From: Halobacteriales archaeon
Lineage (GTDB): Archaea > Halobacteriota > Halobacteria > Halobacteriales > SKSH01
Assembly: GCA_046543335.1 (NCBI GenBank)
Contig: JBKGZP010000003.1
Location: 6,472 to 70,471 of the forward strand
Direction of reading: 5' to 3'
Length of the DNA stretch: 64,000 nt
Position 1 is the stretch's first letter; each line of letters opens with the position of its first letter. This document shows positions 18,735-27,674 of the stretch, in pieces. Position numbers and translations under genes: made by a program. A model generated the notes under the pieces. That model saw nothing but the letters and a program-made list of their open reading frames with translations. It searched no databases and was not told the origin of the DNA.

Positions 18735-20150
18735 ATGGTCTCTCGCCTGGTGCTCGGCGTCTCCACGCTCGGTCGGGAGCTCGTGGCGGCGATGGCGGGC
18801 TGGTCGGGCGAGCTCACGGTCGTCACGGAGGGCGAGCGCGCCGCCCAGCGCCTTCGCGAGGCCGGCCTCGCCGCGCGGTCGGTCGCCACCTTCGAGGCGG
18901 ACCGCCTGGTGGCGGTGGCCACGCCGCCGGACGTGGTGATCGTCACGGCCGAGGGGCCACGCGAGGCGCGACCCGTCCTCGCGGCGGCGGCCGAGGCGTT
19001 CCCCGAGGCCAGGCGATTGGTCGTGCTCACGCGCGGTGGGGCGTCGGCCGACCTCGACGCGGCGGCCGTCCTCGACGGGACCGCCCTCGCGGCCAGCGCC
19101 GTCGCCGCGCACGTGCTCGACCCGGCGGTCGCCCGCACGGGTCGGCTCGTTCGCGCCCTCAGGGGCCTCGACGATCCCGTCTCCGTGGTCATGCACGACA
19201 ACCCCGACCCCGATGCGATCGCCGCGGCCGTGGGGATGATCCGCCTCCTCGAGGCGCTCGACCGCGAGGCCCGGGCGGTCTACGGCGGGACGATCTCCCA
19301 CCAGCAAAACCGGGCGTTCGTCAACCTCCTCGAGCTCGAGCTGGATCGATACGACGCGATGGACGAGCTGGCCGAGGCGGGCGGGATCGTCCTCGTCGAC
19401 CACGCCCATCCGGGGGTGAACGACTCGCTCCCGACGGAGACGGACGTCGACGTCATCGTCGACCACCACCCGTCCCGCGAGGAGGCCACCGCGACGTTCG
19501 TGGATCGTCGCCACGACGTGGGCGCGACGAGCACGCTCGTGGCGGACCACCTCCTCCGCGCGGGGGTGGACCTCGACCGGCCGTTGGCCACCGCGCTGTG
19601 GTACGGCATCCAGGTCGACACGGCGGGCTTTCGCCGGGGTGTCTCCGCGGCGGACCTGGCGATCGCCGCCGCGCTTCGCGGGACGGTCGACGCCGAGGTG
19701 CTCGCCCGGATCGAGGCGCCCCGGATGACGGCGGAGACGCTCGAGACGATCGCGGCCGCGATATCGAACCGCGACGTCGACGGGGCCGTCCTCGTCTCCG
19801 ACGTCGGGGCGATCCGCGACCGCGACGCCCTCGCCCAAGCGGCAGACGAGCTGCTCAACATGGCCGGCGTCGAGACGGTCTGCGTGTTCGGCCACCGCGA
19901 CGAGACGATCTTCGCCTCGGCGCGCACCCGCGACCGGGACCTCGACCTTGGTGACGCCGTGCGCATCGCCTTCGATCAGATCGGCGACGCGGGCGGCCAC
20001 GAGGACATGGCCGGCGCACAGTTGCCCTTCGGGGAGCTGCCGTCGTCGGCCGACGAGCGCAGCGCGATGGTCCACGACCGCTTTCGCGTCGGGGTCGCCC
20101 AGGCGAGTCGGCCCCTGCCGTCGGGCTACCTCGACGACGTCGGGGCCTGA
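18735..20150 (+). CDS. DHH-DHHA1 family phosphoesterase with an N-terminal Rossmann/TrkA-N-like domain
   Basis: 471 aa with GAGGAGG upstream of the ATG. DHH motifs I-IV (HDNPDPDAI, VLVDHA, VIVDHHPS, GIQVDTAGF) and a DHHA1 GGH motif (AGGHEDMAGAQ). The N-terminal ~150 aa show a beta-alpha-beta pattern (LVLGVSTLGRELV...VVIVTAEG...LVVLTRG). Confidence 0.85.
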   Translation: MVSRLVLGVSTLGRELVAAMAGWSGELTVVTEGERAAQRLREAGLAARSVATFEADRLVAVATPPDVVIVTAEGPREARPVLAAAAEAFPEARRLVVLTRGGASADLDAAAVLDGTALAASAVAAHVLDPAVARTGRLVRALRGLDDPVSVVMHDNPDPDAIAAAVGMIRLLEALDREARAVYGGTISHQQNRAFVNLLELELDRYDAMDELAEAGGIVLVDHAHPGVNDSLPTETDVDVIVDHHPSREEATATFVDRRHDVGATSTLVADHLLRAGVDLDRPLATALWYGIQVDTAGFRRGVSAADLAIAAALRGTVDAEVLARIEAPRMTAETLETIAAAISNRDVDGAVLVSDVGAIRDRDALAQAADELLNMAGVETVCVFGHRDETIFASARTRDRDLDLGDAVRIAFDQIGDAGGHEDMAGAQLPFGELPSSADERSAMVHDRFRVGVAQASRPLPSGYLDDVGA

Positions 20151-20206
20151 GGCGGACGCCTGGCGAGCCGAGCGCCTTTTGGTCCCCTGGAGCCACCCCA
20201 CGCACG

Positions 20207-20998
20207 ATGGGCGAGTCTCGGCGGGCGCTGGTCAAGGACTACATGACCCGGGACGTGGTGACGGTTTCACCCGACGACCGGGTCATCGACGTCTCCCGAC
20301 GCATCGCCGAGAGCAGCGAGCACAACGGGTTCCCCGTGACCGAGGGCCGACAGGTCAAGGGGTTCATCTCGGCGCGCGACCTCCTGCTCGCCGACGACGA
20401 CGAGCCGATCTGGAAGGTGATGGCGACCGACCTGGTCGTGGCGCATCCCGAGATGCGGGTGACCGACGCCGCGCGGGTGATCCTGCGCTCGGGCATCCAG
20501 AAGCTGCCCGTCGTCGACGACGCGAACAACCTCGTCGGTATCATCTCCAACGCCGACGTGATCCGCAGCCAGATCGAGCGGGCGACCCCGGAGAAGGTCA
20601 GCAAGCTCAAGCGCACCCTCGAGCGGATCCACAGCCTCGAGTTCCGCGACGAGCGCCGTCGCATCGTGGTCGACGACCTCGTCCCCACGCAGACGCGTGT
20701 CTACGCCGACGAGCTCGAGGGACGCCAGTACGAGCTCGAGCGGGGGCTGGACGAGCCGCTGGTCGTCATCGACGTCGACGGCCGGCTCTTGTTGGCCGAC
20801 GGCCACCACCGGGCGCTCGCGGCGAAGCGACTCGAGGTCGACGAGCTCGAGGCGTACGTCATCGTCGTCGACGACACCGACGTGGAACTCGGCATGGAGA
20901 AGACCGCCCGCCGGGAGGGACTCGAGTCGGTCGACGACATCGAGGTGGTCGACTACGCCAAGCATCCCCTCATCGAGCGCACGCGTCGCCTGCAGTGA
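20207..20998 (+). CDS. CBS-pair domain fused to a ParB/sulfiredoxin-like domain
   Basis: 263 aa. Two CBS repeats (YMTRDVVTVSPDD..., VMATDLVVAHPEM...KLPVVDDANNLVGIISNADV), then a ParB/Srx-like core with LLLADGHHRALAAK. Confidence 0.8.
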   Translation: MGESRRALVKDYMTRDVVTVSPDDRVIDVSRRIAESSEHNGFPVTEGRQVKGFISARDLLLADDDEPIWKVMATDLVVAHPEMRVTDAARVILRSGIQKLPVVDDANNLVGIISNADVIRSQIERATPEKVSKLKRTLERIHSLEFRDERRRIVVDDLVPTQTRVYADELEGRQYELERGLDEPLVVIDVDGRLLLADGHHRALAAKRLEVDELEAYVIVVDDTDVELGMEKTARREGLESVDDIEVVDYAKHPLIERTRRLQ

Positions 20999-21013
20999 GG
21001 CGTCCGGCGCCGC

Positions 21014-21931
21014 CTACGTCTCCGTCCACCGTTCGGTGGCGACCACGCGGGCGTCGGCGTCGACGGTCACCGTCAATCGGTCCCCGTCGACCCCGAACGT
21101 GACGGTCGCACCCGGGGGGTCGCCGCCACCGAGGTCGGCGTCGACCACGGCGAGGTGGCGATCGAGTTCGCGGACGATCGTCTTGGGGAGGTCGATCCCG
21201 TGATCCCGGTGGAAGGAAACCACGGCTGGGTGGTCCCCGACGACGTACCGGAGGGGCAGCGACACCCCGTGGGCGCAGACGGTGCAGGTGTACCGCACCG
21301 CGAGCATGTCGATGTCGTCGACGGCCTCGGGCGGATCCGGCCGGTCGATCGCCACCTCGACCGGCCCCCAGCACTCACCGCACACGCCGGCCCTGACGAA
21401 CTCGAACTCGGACCGGGCCGCGGTGTCGGCGATGTCGACGAGGGTCTCGATGTCGGCGTCGGCCACGACGGTCGGTGGCAACGGGAGGCCGACGATTTGG
21501 CCATGGTCCGGACAGCACAGCTGGAACAGGTCGTTCTCGTAGCGGGCCTCGTACCGGTTGTCGCAGAACAGGCAGGCGATGTCCGTCCGCTCGGTCCGCT
21601 CGATCGCCTCGTCCGTGCCGGCCCCGCCCGCGACCAGGGCGTACGCCTGGCGACCGGCATAGCGCAACCGGTACCCGTCCTCCGTCTGCCCGATGAACCG
21701 CGGGACGAGCTCCTTGAGGTGGTAGTTGAACCGGCCGGAGTCCTCGACGTCGGCCAGCCGGCGCAGCTCGCTGAAGCTCACCGGCTCGCCGCCGGCGCGT
21801 TCGTGCTCCGCCAGGGCGACCAGCACGGCCACCCGCGTCGGGTCACCGAGACCGCGAAACACCGCCGCCGCCCGTTCGGTCGGGAGGGGCTCGTCGCCCG
21901 ACATGGGCGCCCATGTGACGGCGTCGACCAT
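21014..21931 (-). CDS. Winged-helix (ArsR-like) transcription regulator with a cysteine-rich (putative zinc-ribbon) C-terminal region
   Basis: 305 aa with ATG 21931 (alternative ATG 21904). wHTH segment LGDPTRVAVLVALAE...SFSELRRLADVEDSGRFNYHLKEL. Cys clusters CLFC, CC, CGEC and CTVC. Confidence 0.75.
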   Translation of the reverse strand: MVDAVTWAPMSGDEPLPTERAAAVFRGLGDPTRVAVLVALAEHERAGGEPVSFSELRRLADVEDSGRFNYHLKELVPRFIGQTEDGYRLRYAGRQAYALVAGGAGTDEAIERTERTDIACLFCDNRYEARYENDLFQLCCPDHGQIVGLPLPPTVVADADIETLVDIADTAARSEFEFVRAGVCGECWGPVEVAIDRPDPPEAVDDIDMLAVRYTCTVCAHGVSLPLRYVVGDHPAVVSFHRDHGIDLPKTIVRELDRHLAVVDADLGGGDPPGATVTFGVDGDRLTVTVDADARVVATERWTET

Positions 21932-21964
21932 CGGTGTGTCGGAATCGACCCCTCGGGATCATTA

Positions 21965-22019
21965 CCGAAGCAGCCTTCGGGAACGCGAGTGACAGAAATG
22001 TTGTTCTGCTTATATTTAT
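21965..22019. promoter_or_regulatory. Divergent promoter region with a perfect hairpin/palindrome plus a TATA box
   Basis: CCGAAGcagcCTTCGG at 21965-21980 (6-bp arms). AT-rich TTATATTTAT at 22010-22019, about 30 nt upstream of the ABC ATPase ATG at 22046. GGAATCGA is repeated at 21941-21948 and 22035-22042. Confidence 0.45.
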
Positions 22020-22045
22020 CCCCCATGGGGTGTTGGAATCGATCG

Positions 22046-23041
22046 ATGAGCGGCGATCCATCACCGATCCTCTCGGTCCAGAATCTCGAGAAGCGCTACG
22101 GCGACCTCGTCGCGGTCGATGGGGTCTCGTTCCAGATCGACCGCGGCGAGGTCGTCGGCATCCTCGGACCGAACGGGGCCGGCAAGACGACGACGATCAA
22201 GTCCATCCTCGGGCTGATCGTCCCCACCACCGGCCGGGTCGAACTGGCCGGCATCGACGTCCACGTTCGGCCGGCCGAGGCGTACCGCCACGTTGGTGCG
22301 ATGCTCGAGGGCGCCCGCAACGTCTACTGGCGGCTCACCGTCCGGGAGAACCTGGCGTACTTCGCGGCCCTGGGTGGGCGGTCGCCCCCCGACGACGCGT
22401 ACGGGGAGGTGCTCGAGCGCTTCGGACTGGAGGCGAAGGCCGACCGGCCCGTCAACGACCTCTCGCGCGGCCAGAAGCAAACGGTCGCCCTGGCGTGCAC
22501 CCTGATGCGCGGTACGGACCTCGTCTTCCTCGACGAGCCGACCCTCGGCCTCGACGTCGAGGCCTCGAGGGACCTGCAGCGGGAGCTCCGCCGCTTGGCC
22601 GACGACGAGGACATCACCATCGTGCTCTCGAGCCACGACATGGACGTGGTCGAGGCGGTCTGCGACCGGGTGATCATCCTGTCCGGCGGACAGGTCGTGA
22701 CGGACGAGCCGGTCGACGAGCTCGTCGACCTCTTTCGCAGCCGGACCTACCGCCTGGCCGTCGGCGGGTCCGTCCCCGCCCCGGTGTGTGAGCGCCTCGA
22801 CGAGCGGTTCGGACCGATCGCCGCCGAGCGCCGGGGCGAGCGGACCATCCTCGAGCTCACCATCACCGACGGTGACGCGCTCGCGGAGGTCCTCGAGGTC
22901 GTCGGGGAGGCGCCCGGCCAGCTCGAGGGCGTCGAGAGCGTCGAGCCGGACCTGGAGGCGGTCTTCCTCGAGGTGACCAGCGGCGAGGCCAACGGTCGGA
23001 CCCGGCCCGAGGCGGTCGCCCCGGGAGGGGTCGACGCATGA
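22046..23041 (+). CDS. ABC transporter ATP-binding protein (ABC-2 exporter type)
   Basis: Walker A GPNGAGKTT, signature LSRGQKQ, Walker B LVFLDEPT. ATG 22046 is preferred over 22025 because of the TATA spacing. The long upstream extension in the ORF track (21155) is antisense to the regulator gene. Confidence 0.88.
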   Translation: MSGDPSPILSVQNLEKRYGDLVAVDGVSFQIDRGEVVGILGPNGAGKTTTIKSILGLIVPTTGRVELAGIDVHVRPAEAYRHVGAMLEGARNVYWRLTVRENLAYFAALGGRSPPDDAYGEVLERFGLEAKADRPVNDLSRGQKQTVALACTLMRGTDLVFLDEPTLGLDVEASRDLQRELRRLADDEDITIVLSSHDMDVVEAVCDRVIILSGGQVVTDEPVDELVDLFRSRTYRLAVGGSVPAPVCERLDERFGPIAAERRGERTILELTITDGDALAEVLEVVGEAPGQLEGVESVEPDLEAVFLEVTSGEANGRTRPEAVAPGGVDA

Positions 23042-23838
23042 GCGCAACGGCCGCGTCGATGGGGATCGTCGGACACGCCAGGCTCCTCGAGGCGGTCGCC
23101 AGGAAGCGCGTCGTCCTGCGCCTCCGGTATCCCCTCAACACCCTGTCGCAGTTCCTGACGCTGTACCTGTTGTTCCTCGTCATCTTCCTCGGCGGTCGGG
23201 CGGTAGCCCCGGCGACGCTCACGGACTCCCTCGCCGGCATCATCGTCGGCTACCTGCTGTGGACGATGGCGATGACGGCGTTCTCAGGGCTGGCGTGGAA
23301 CGTCACCCGGGAGGCCCAGTGGGGCACCCTCGAGCAGCTGTTCATGTCGCCGTTCGGCTTCGGACGGGTGATGGCCGTCAAGCTGGTCGTCAACGTCGTC
23401 GAGTCGTTCATGTGGGGCGTCTCGATCCTGGTGTTGATGATCCTGACGACGGGCGAGACCGTCGCGATCGACCCGGTGACGGTGGTGCCGCTGTTGCTCC
23501 TGGCGGTCGCACCGGCCGCGGGGATGGGCTTCCTCTTTGGCGGCCTGGCCGTGCGGTTCAAGCGCATCGAGAACGCCTTCCAGCTGGTCCAGTTCGTCCT
23601 GATCGGCCTCATCGCTGCGCCGGTCACGGCGGTCCCCCTCGCCGAGTGGCTCCCCCTCGCGCAGGGCAGTGCGATGCTCCAGGCGGCGATGGCCGAGGGG
23701 ATCGCCATCTGGGACCTGCCGGCGGCCGACCTCGCCATCCTCGCCGTCACGGCGGTGGGCTACCTCCTGGCCGGCTTCCTCGCCTTCCAGTGGTGCCAGC
23801 GGTGGGCTCGGCGTGCTGGCGTGATGGGCCACTACTGA
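23038..23838 (+). CDS. ABC-2 type transporter permease
   Basis: 266 aa with 6 predicted TM segments. ATG overlaps the ATPase stop (ATGA). Confidence 0.8.
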   Translation: MSATAASMGIVGHARLLEAVARKRVVLRLRYPLNTLSQFLTLYLLFLVIFLGGRAVAPATLTDSLAGIIVGYLLWTMAMTAFSGLAWNVTREAQWGTLEQLFMSPFGFGRVMAVKLVVNVVESFMWGVSILVLMILTTGETVAIDPVTVVPLLLLAVAPAAGMGFLFGGLAVRFKRIENAFQLVQFVLIGLIAAPVTAVPLAEWLPLAQGSAMLQAAMAEGIAIWDLPAADLAILAVTAVGYLLAGFLAFQWCQRWARRAGVMGHY

Positions 23839-23886
23839 GTCGGGACGAGGGAACGATTCATTTTCGACTGGCCCCAAGGCGCGAGC

Positions 23887-25587
23887 ATGTTCGACGAGGA
23901 CGAGCTCGAGGCGATCCGCCATGCGCGCGAGGACTGGGAGGACCAGCGCCTCGAGCCGGCCCTGGACGCCTACGGCGAACGCGCCGACCGGTTCGCGACG
24001 GTCTCGAACCTCGAGGTCGACCGGCTGTACACGCCGGCGGACGTGGCCGACCTCGCGTACGTCGAGGACCTCGGCTTCCCGGGCGAGCCCCCCTTCACCC
24101 GGGGCGTCTACCCGACGATGTACCGCGGCCGGCCGTGGACCATGCGCCAGTTCGCTGGCTTCGGAACGCCCGAGGAGACGAACGAGCGCTTTCACTACCT
24201 GATCGACGAGGGACAGACCGGCCTGTCGACGGCGTTCGACATGCCCACGCTGATGGGCATCGACTCCACCGACGACATGGCCGCCGGCGAGGTCGGCAAG
24301 GAGGGCGTCGCCGTCGATACGCTTCGCGACATGGAGGTCATCTTCGACGGCATCGACCTCGGCGAGGTCTCGACGAGCTTCACCATCAACCCCAGCGCGC
24401 CGGTCATCTACGCCATGTACGTGGCCCTGGCCGACGAGCAGGGCGTCCCCCGCGAGGAGATCCGGGGCACCCTCCAGAACGACATGTTCAAGGAGTTCAT
24501 CGCGCAGAAGGAGTGGGTCGTCCCGCCGGCACCGTCGCTCAAGCTCGTGACCGACGTCGTCGAGTTCGCCGCCGAGGAGACCCCGAAGTTCCACCCCATC
24601 TCCATCTCCGGCTACCACATCCGCGAGGCGGGCTCGACCGCCGTGCAGGAACTGGCGTTCACCCTGGCCGACGGCTTCGCCTACGTGGAGGACGCCCTCG
24701 AGCGGGGTATGACGCTGCCCGAATTCGCCCCGCGCCTCTCGTTCTTCTTCAACTGTCACAACTCCTTCCTGGAGGAGGTCGCCAAGTTCCGCGCGGCCAG
24801 ACGGATTTGGGCGCGACAGATGGCCGAGTGGTACGACGCGACCGACGACGAGGTGCGTCGGCTCAAGTTCCACACCCAGACCGCGGGCCAGAGCCTGACC
24901 GCCCAACAACCCCTCAACAACGTGGTCCGGACGACGATCCAGGCGCTCGCGGCCGTCCTCGGGGGCACGCAGAGCCTGCACACGAACAGCTACGACGAGG
25001 CGCACGCCCTGCCGAGCGAACGCGCAGTCCGCGTCGCGCTTCGCACCCAACAGATCATCGCCGAGGAGTCGGGCGTCGCGGACACGATCGACCCGCTCGG
25101 GGGTAGCTTTGCCGTCGAGGCGCTCACCGACGAGGTCGAACGCCAGGCCATGGCCTACCTCGAGACGATCCGGGAGATGGGCGACGGCTCGATGCGCGAG
25201 GGCGTCCTCGCCGGCATCGACCGCGGCTACTTCCAGCGCGAGATCCAGGAGTCCGCCTTCGAATACCAACGCCGCGTCGAGCGCGAGGAGGAGGTCGTCG
25301 TCGGCGTCAACAAGTACACGATCGAGGAGGACACCAGCCCGGAACTCCTCCGGATCGGCGAGACGCCGGCGGAGATTCAACGCGAACGCCTCGAGAACAT
25401 CGAGGCCGAGCGCGACGAGGCCGCTGTCGGGGCCGCCCTGGACGCCATTCGCGAGGCCGAGCGGGCCGGAGAGAACGTCATGCCGGCGATCGTCGAGGCG
25501 GTGAAGGCCTACGCCACGATGGGCGAGATCATGGGCGTCTTCGCCGAACTCCACGGGACCTACCGCGAGGAGATCGGCGTCGCCTGA
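23887..25587 (+). CDS. mcmA: Methylmalonyl-CoA mutase, large catalytic subunit
   Basis: 566 aa. Acyl-CoA mutase sequence ([40 protein letters not shown]). Confidence 0.92.
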   Translation: MFDEDELEAIRHAREDWEDQRLEPALDAYGERADRFATVSNLEVDRLYTPADVADLAYVEDLGFPGEPPFTRGVYPTMYRGRPWTMRQFAGFGTPEETNERFHYLIDEGQTGLSTAFDMPTLMGIDSTDDMAAGEVGKEGVAVDTLRDMEVIFDGIDLGEVSTSFTINPSAPVIYAMYVALADEQGVPREEIRGTLQNDMFKEFIAQKEWVVPPAPSLKLVTDVVEFAAEETPKFHPISISGYHIREAGSTAVQELAFTLADGFAYVEDALERGMTLPEFAPRLSFFFNCHNSFLEEVAKFRAARRIWARQMAEWYDATDDEVRRLKFHTQTAGQSLTAQQPLNNVVRTTIQALAAVLGGTQSLHTNSYDEAHALPSERAVRVALRTQQIIAEESGVADTIDPLGGSFAVEALTDEVERQAMAYLETIREMGDGSMREGVLAGIDRGYFQREIQESAFEYQRRVEREEEVVVGVNKYTIEEDTSPELLRIGETPAEIQRERLENIEAERDEAAVGAALDAIREAERAGENVMPAIVEAVKAYATMGEIMGVFAELHGTYREEIGVA

Positions 25588-25594
25588 GCCGGCC

Positions 25595-26572
25595 TCACCG
25601 GCCGTCGACGCAATCGCGGATCGGGGCGATGACCTCCTCGCTCACGGCGTAGGGATCGGTCTCGCGGGCGGCGATGGTCGCCGCGAGCTCGTCGAGCCCC
25701 CCGCGGGCCTCGAACTCCGCCGTCGCCAGGTCCGCGAGCTCCTCGCGGACGATGGTCCGCAGCTCCTCGGCGTAGCGCCGGCGGCGACGGGCCTCGCCCT
25801 CGCCGGAGTCCGTTAGGTGGCGCCGATGGTCGGCGATCGCGCCTCGGAGGTCCCCCACGCCGCGACCCTCCGCGGCGACGGTCTCCACGATGGGGACCTC
25901 CCACCCCTCGCCCTCGTCGACGGCCGGGTCGAGGCGGATCAGCTCGGTCAGCTCCTCGACGATGCGGTCGGCGCCGGGGAGGTCGGCCTTGTTGACGACG
26001 AAGACGTCGGCGATCTCGAGGATGCCGGCTTTCAGCATCTGCACCGTGTCGCCCGACTGCGGCGGCACCAGCACGAGCACCGTGTCGGCGGTCCGGACGA
26101 TGTCCACCTCGTTCTGCCCGGCCCCGACGGTCTCGATGATGATCCGGTCCATCCCGGCCGCATCGAGCGCCTTGACGGCATCGGCGGTCGCGCTGCTCAA
26201 CCCGCCGAGGCGGCCCCGGGCGCTCATCGACCGGACGAACACCCCGTCGTCACCCACGGCCGAGCCCATGCGGATGCGGTCGCCGAGGACGGCGCCGCCC
26301 GAGAACGGCGAGGACGGGTCGATGGCGAGCACGCCGACGGTCTCGCCCGCCTCGCGGTAGGTGGCCGTGAGCCGATCGACGAGGGTGGACTTGCCGGACC
26401 CGGGGCTCCCGGTGACGCCGACGACGTCGGCGCCGGTACCACGGCGGTGCAACTCCGCGACGAGGTCGCGGTAGCCCGGGGCCCGATCCTCGATGTGCGT
26501 GATCGCCCGGGCGAGGGCGCGCGTGTCGCCGTCGCATAGCTCGTCGACGAGACTCGCGTGTGCCGACGTCAT
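25595..26572 (-). CDS. meaB: Methylmalonyl-CoA mutase-associated G-protein chaperone MeaB/ArgK
   Basis: 325 aa with P-loop GVTGSPGSGKST, NKxD motif VVNKADL, and DxxG. The start overlaps the stop of the B12-binding subunit gene. Confidence 0.9.
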   Translation of the reverse strand: MTSAHASLVDELCDGDTRALARAITHIEDRAPGYRDLVAELHRRGTGADVVGVTGSPGSGKSTLVDRLTATYREAGETVGVLAIDPSSPFSGGAVLGDRIRMGSAVGDDGVFVRSMSARGRLGGLSSATADAVKALDAAGMDRIIIETVGAGQNEVDIVRTADTVLVLVPPQSGDTVQMLKAGILEIADVFVVNKADLPGADRIVEELTELIRLDPAVDEGEGWEVPIVETVAAEGRGVGDLRGAIADHRRHLTDSGEGEARRRRRYAEELRTIVREELADLATAEFEARGGLDELAATIAARETDPYAVSEEVIAPIRDCVDGR

Positions 26573-26985
26573 CGCTCCGGGGCGTGTTCGCGGATGAACT
26601 CGATCGTCTCCTGGATGCTCGTGCCGGGGCCGAAGACCTCGGCCACGCCGAGGTCCTTCAGGTGCTCGATGTCCTCCTCGGGGATGACACCCCCCACGAG
26701 GACGAGCGTGTCCCCGAGGGCGCCCGCCGCCTCGAGCCCCTCGAGGACCCGCGGGACCAGGGTGTTGTGCGCGCCGGAGAGGATGGAGATGCCGAGGACG
26801 TCGACGTCCTCCTGGACGGCGGCCTGCACGATCTCGTCGGGAGCCCGATGCAACCCGGAGTAGACGACCTCGAAGCCCGCGTCGCGAAACGCCCGGGCGA
26901 TGACGTGCGCCCCGCGGTCGTGGCCGTCCAGGCCGACCTTGGCGACCAGGCAGCGAATCGTCCGCTGTTGCCCGTCGGCGCTCAT
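26569..26985 (-). CDS. Methylmalonyl-CoA mutase, small cobalamin-binding subunit
   Basis: ATG 26985 (MSADGQQRTIRCLVAK). B12-binding DxHxxG motif (GLDGHDRGAHV). The ORF-track N-terminal extension to 27138 is not conserved-looking. Confidence 0.9.
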   Translation of the reverse strand: MSADGQQRTIRCLVAKVGLDGHDRGAHVIARAFRDAGFEVVYSGLHRAPDEIVQAAVQEDVDVLGISILSGAHNTLVPRVLEGLEAAGALGDTLVLVGGVIPEEDIEHLKDLGVAEVFGPGTSIQETIEFIREHAPER

Positions 26986-27076
26986 ACGCCCGCGAATTGC
27001 CCCGCCGGCGGTATCACAGTTACGAAGCGGTCGAAAGGGCAACCGTGATTGGTCGGCGTGGCCAACCGACGGGTCG

Positions 27077-27658
27077 ATGGCCGACTTGGTCGACGGATCG
27101 CTCCCCCTCGATGCGCGTCGGACGACCGCCGCCGTCACCGCCCTCGCCTACCTCGTCGTCGTCGCGACCTTCGCGGGGTGGCTCCCGTTCCCGGAGCTCT
27201 CGCGGGCGACGATCGACGGGCTCTCGCACGCGACGGCGCTGGCGAACGCCGGGACGGTGGTGGCGATCCTCGTCGGTTGGCACGCCATCAGGACCGGTCG
27301 GATCCGTCGCCACGCCGCCTCGATGGTCACTGCGATCCTCCTCATCGGGGCGTTCCTCGTCATGTACCTCACGCGCATCGGTGGCGGTGGCGAGAAGGAG
27401 ATCGTCGGGGCCGAGGGGCTCGTCTACACCGCCTACCTCGTCATGCTCGGGGTCCACGTCCTGCTGTCGATCCTGGCCGTCCCACTCGTCGTGTACGTCC
27501 TCCTGCTCGCCCTGACCCGACCGGTCGAGGCCATCTACGACTCGGGCCACGCCAGGCTCGGCCGAATCACGGCCACGACGTGGCTGCTCAGCCTCGTCCT
27601 GGGGATCGTGACCTATCTCCTGTTGAACCACGTCTACGGCGCTCGGTTGGCCGGATAG
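27077..27658 (+). CDS. DUF420-family membrane protein
   Basis: ATG 27077. About 193 aa with 4-5 TM segments. Pattern HAIRTGRIRRHAASM...YLVMLGVHVLLSILAVPLV resembles DUF420. Confidence 0.65.
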   Translation: MADLVDGSLPLDARRTTAAVTALAYLVVVATFAGWLPFPELSRATIDGLSHATALANAGTVVAILVGWHAIRTGRIRRHAASMVTAILLIGAFLVMYLTRIGGGGEKEIVGAEGLVYTAYLVMLGVHVLLSILAVPLVVYVLLLALTRPVEAIYDSGHARLGRITATTWLLSLVLGIVTYLLLNHVYGARLAG

Positions 27659-27674
27659 GCTGGATGGTCCGTCG

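Noticed and set aside
12985-19201. Two long minus-strand ORFs (12985..15264 and 16946..19201) antisense to nuoL, nuoM and nuoN.
   Set aside because: Both are low-complexity, Arg/Asp/Glu/Gly-rich translations. They are the typical antisense shadow of GC3-rich genes.
23284-25554. 756-aa minus-strand ORF antisense to methylmalonyl-CoA mutase.
   Set aside because: It has no motifs and a biased composition. The plus strand encodes a highly recognisable mutase.
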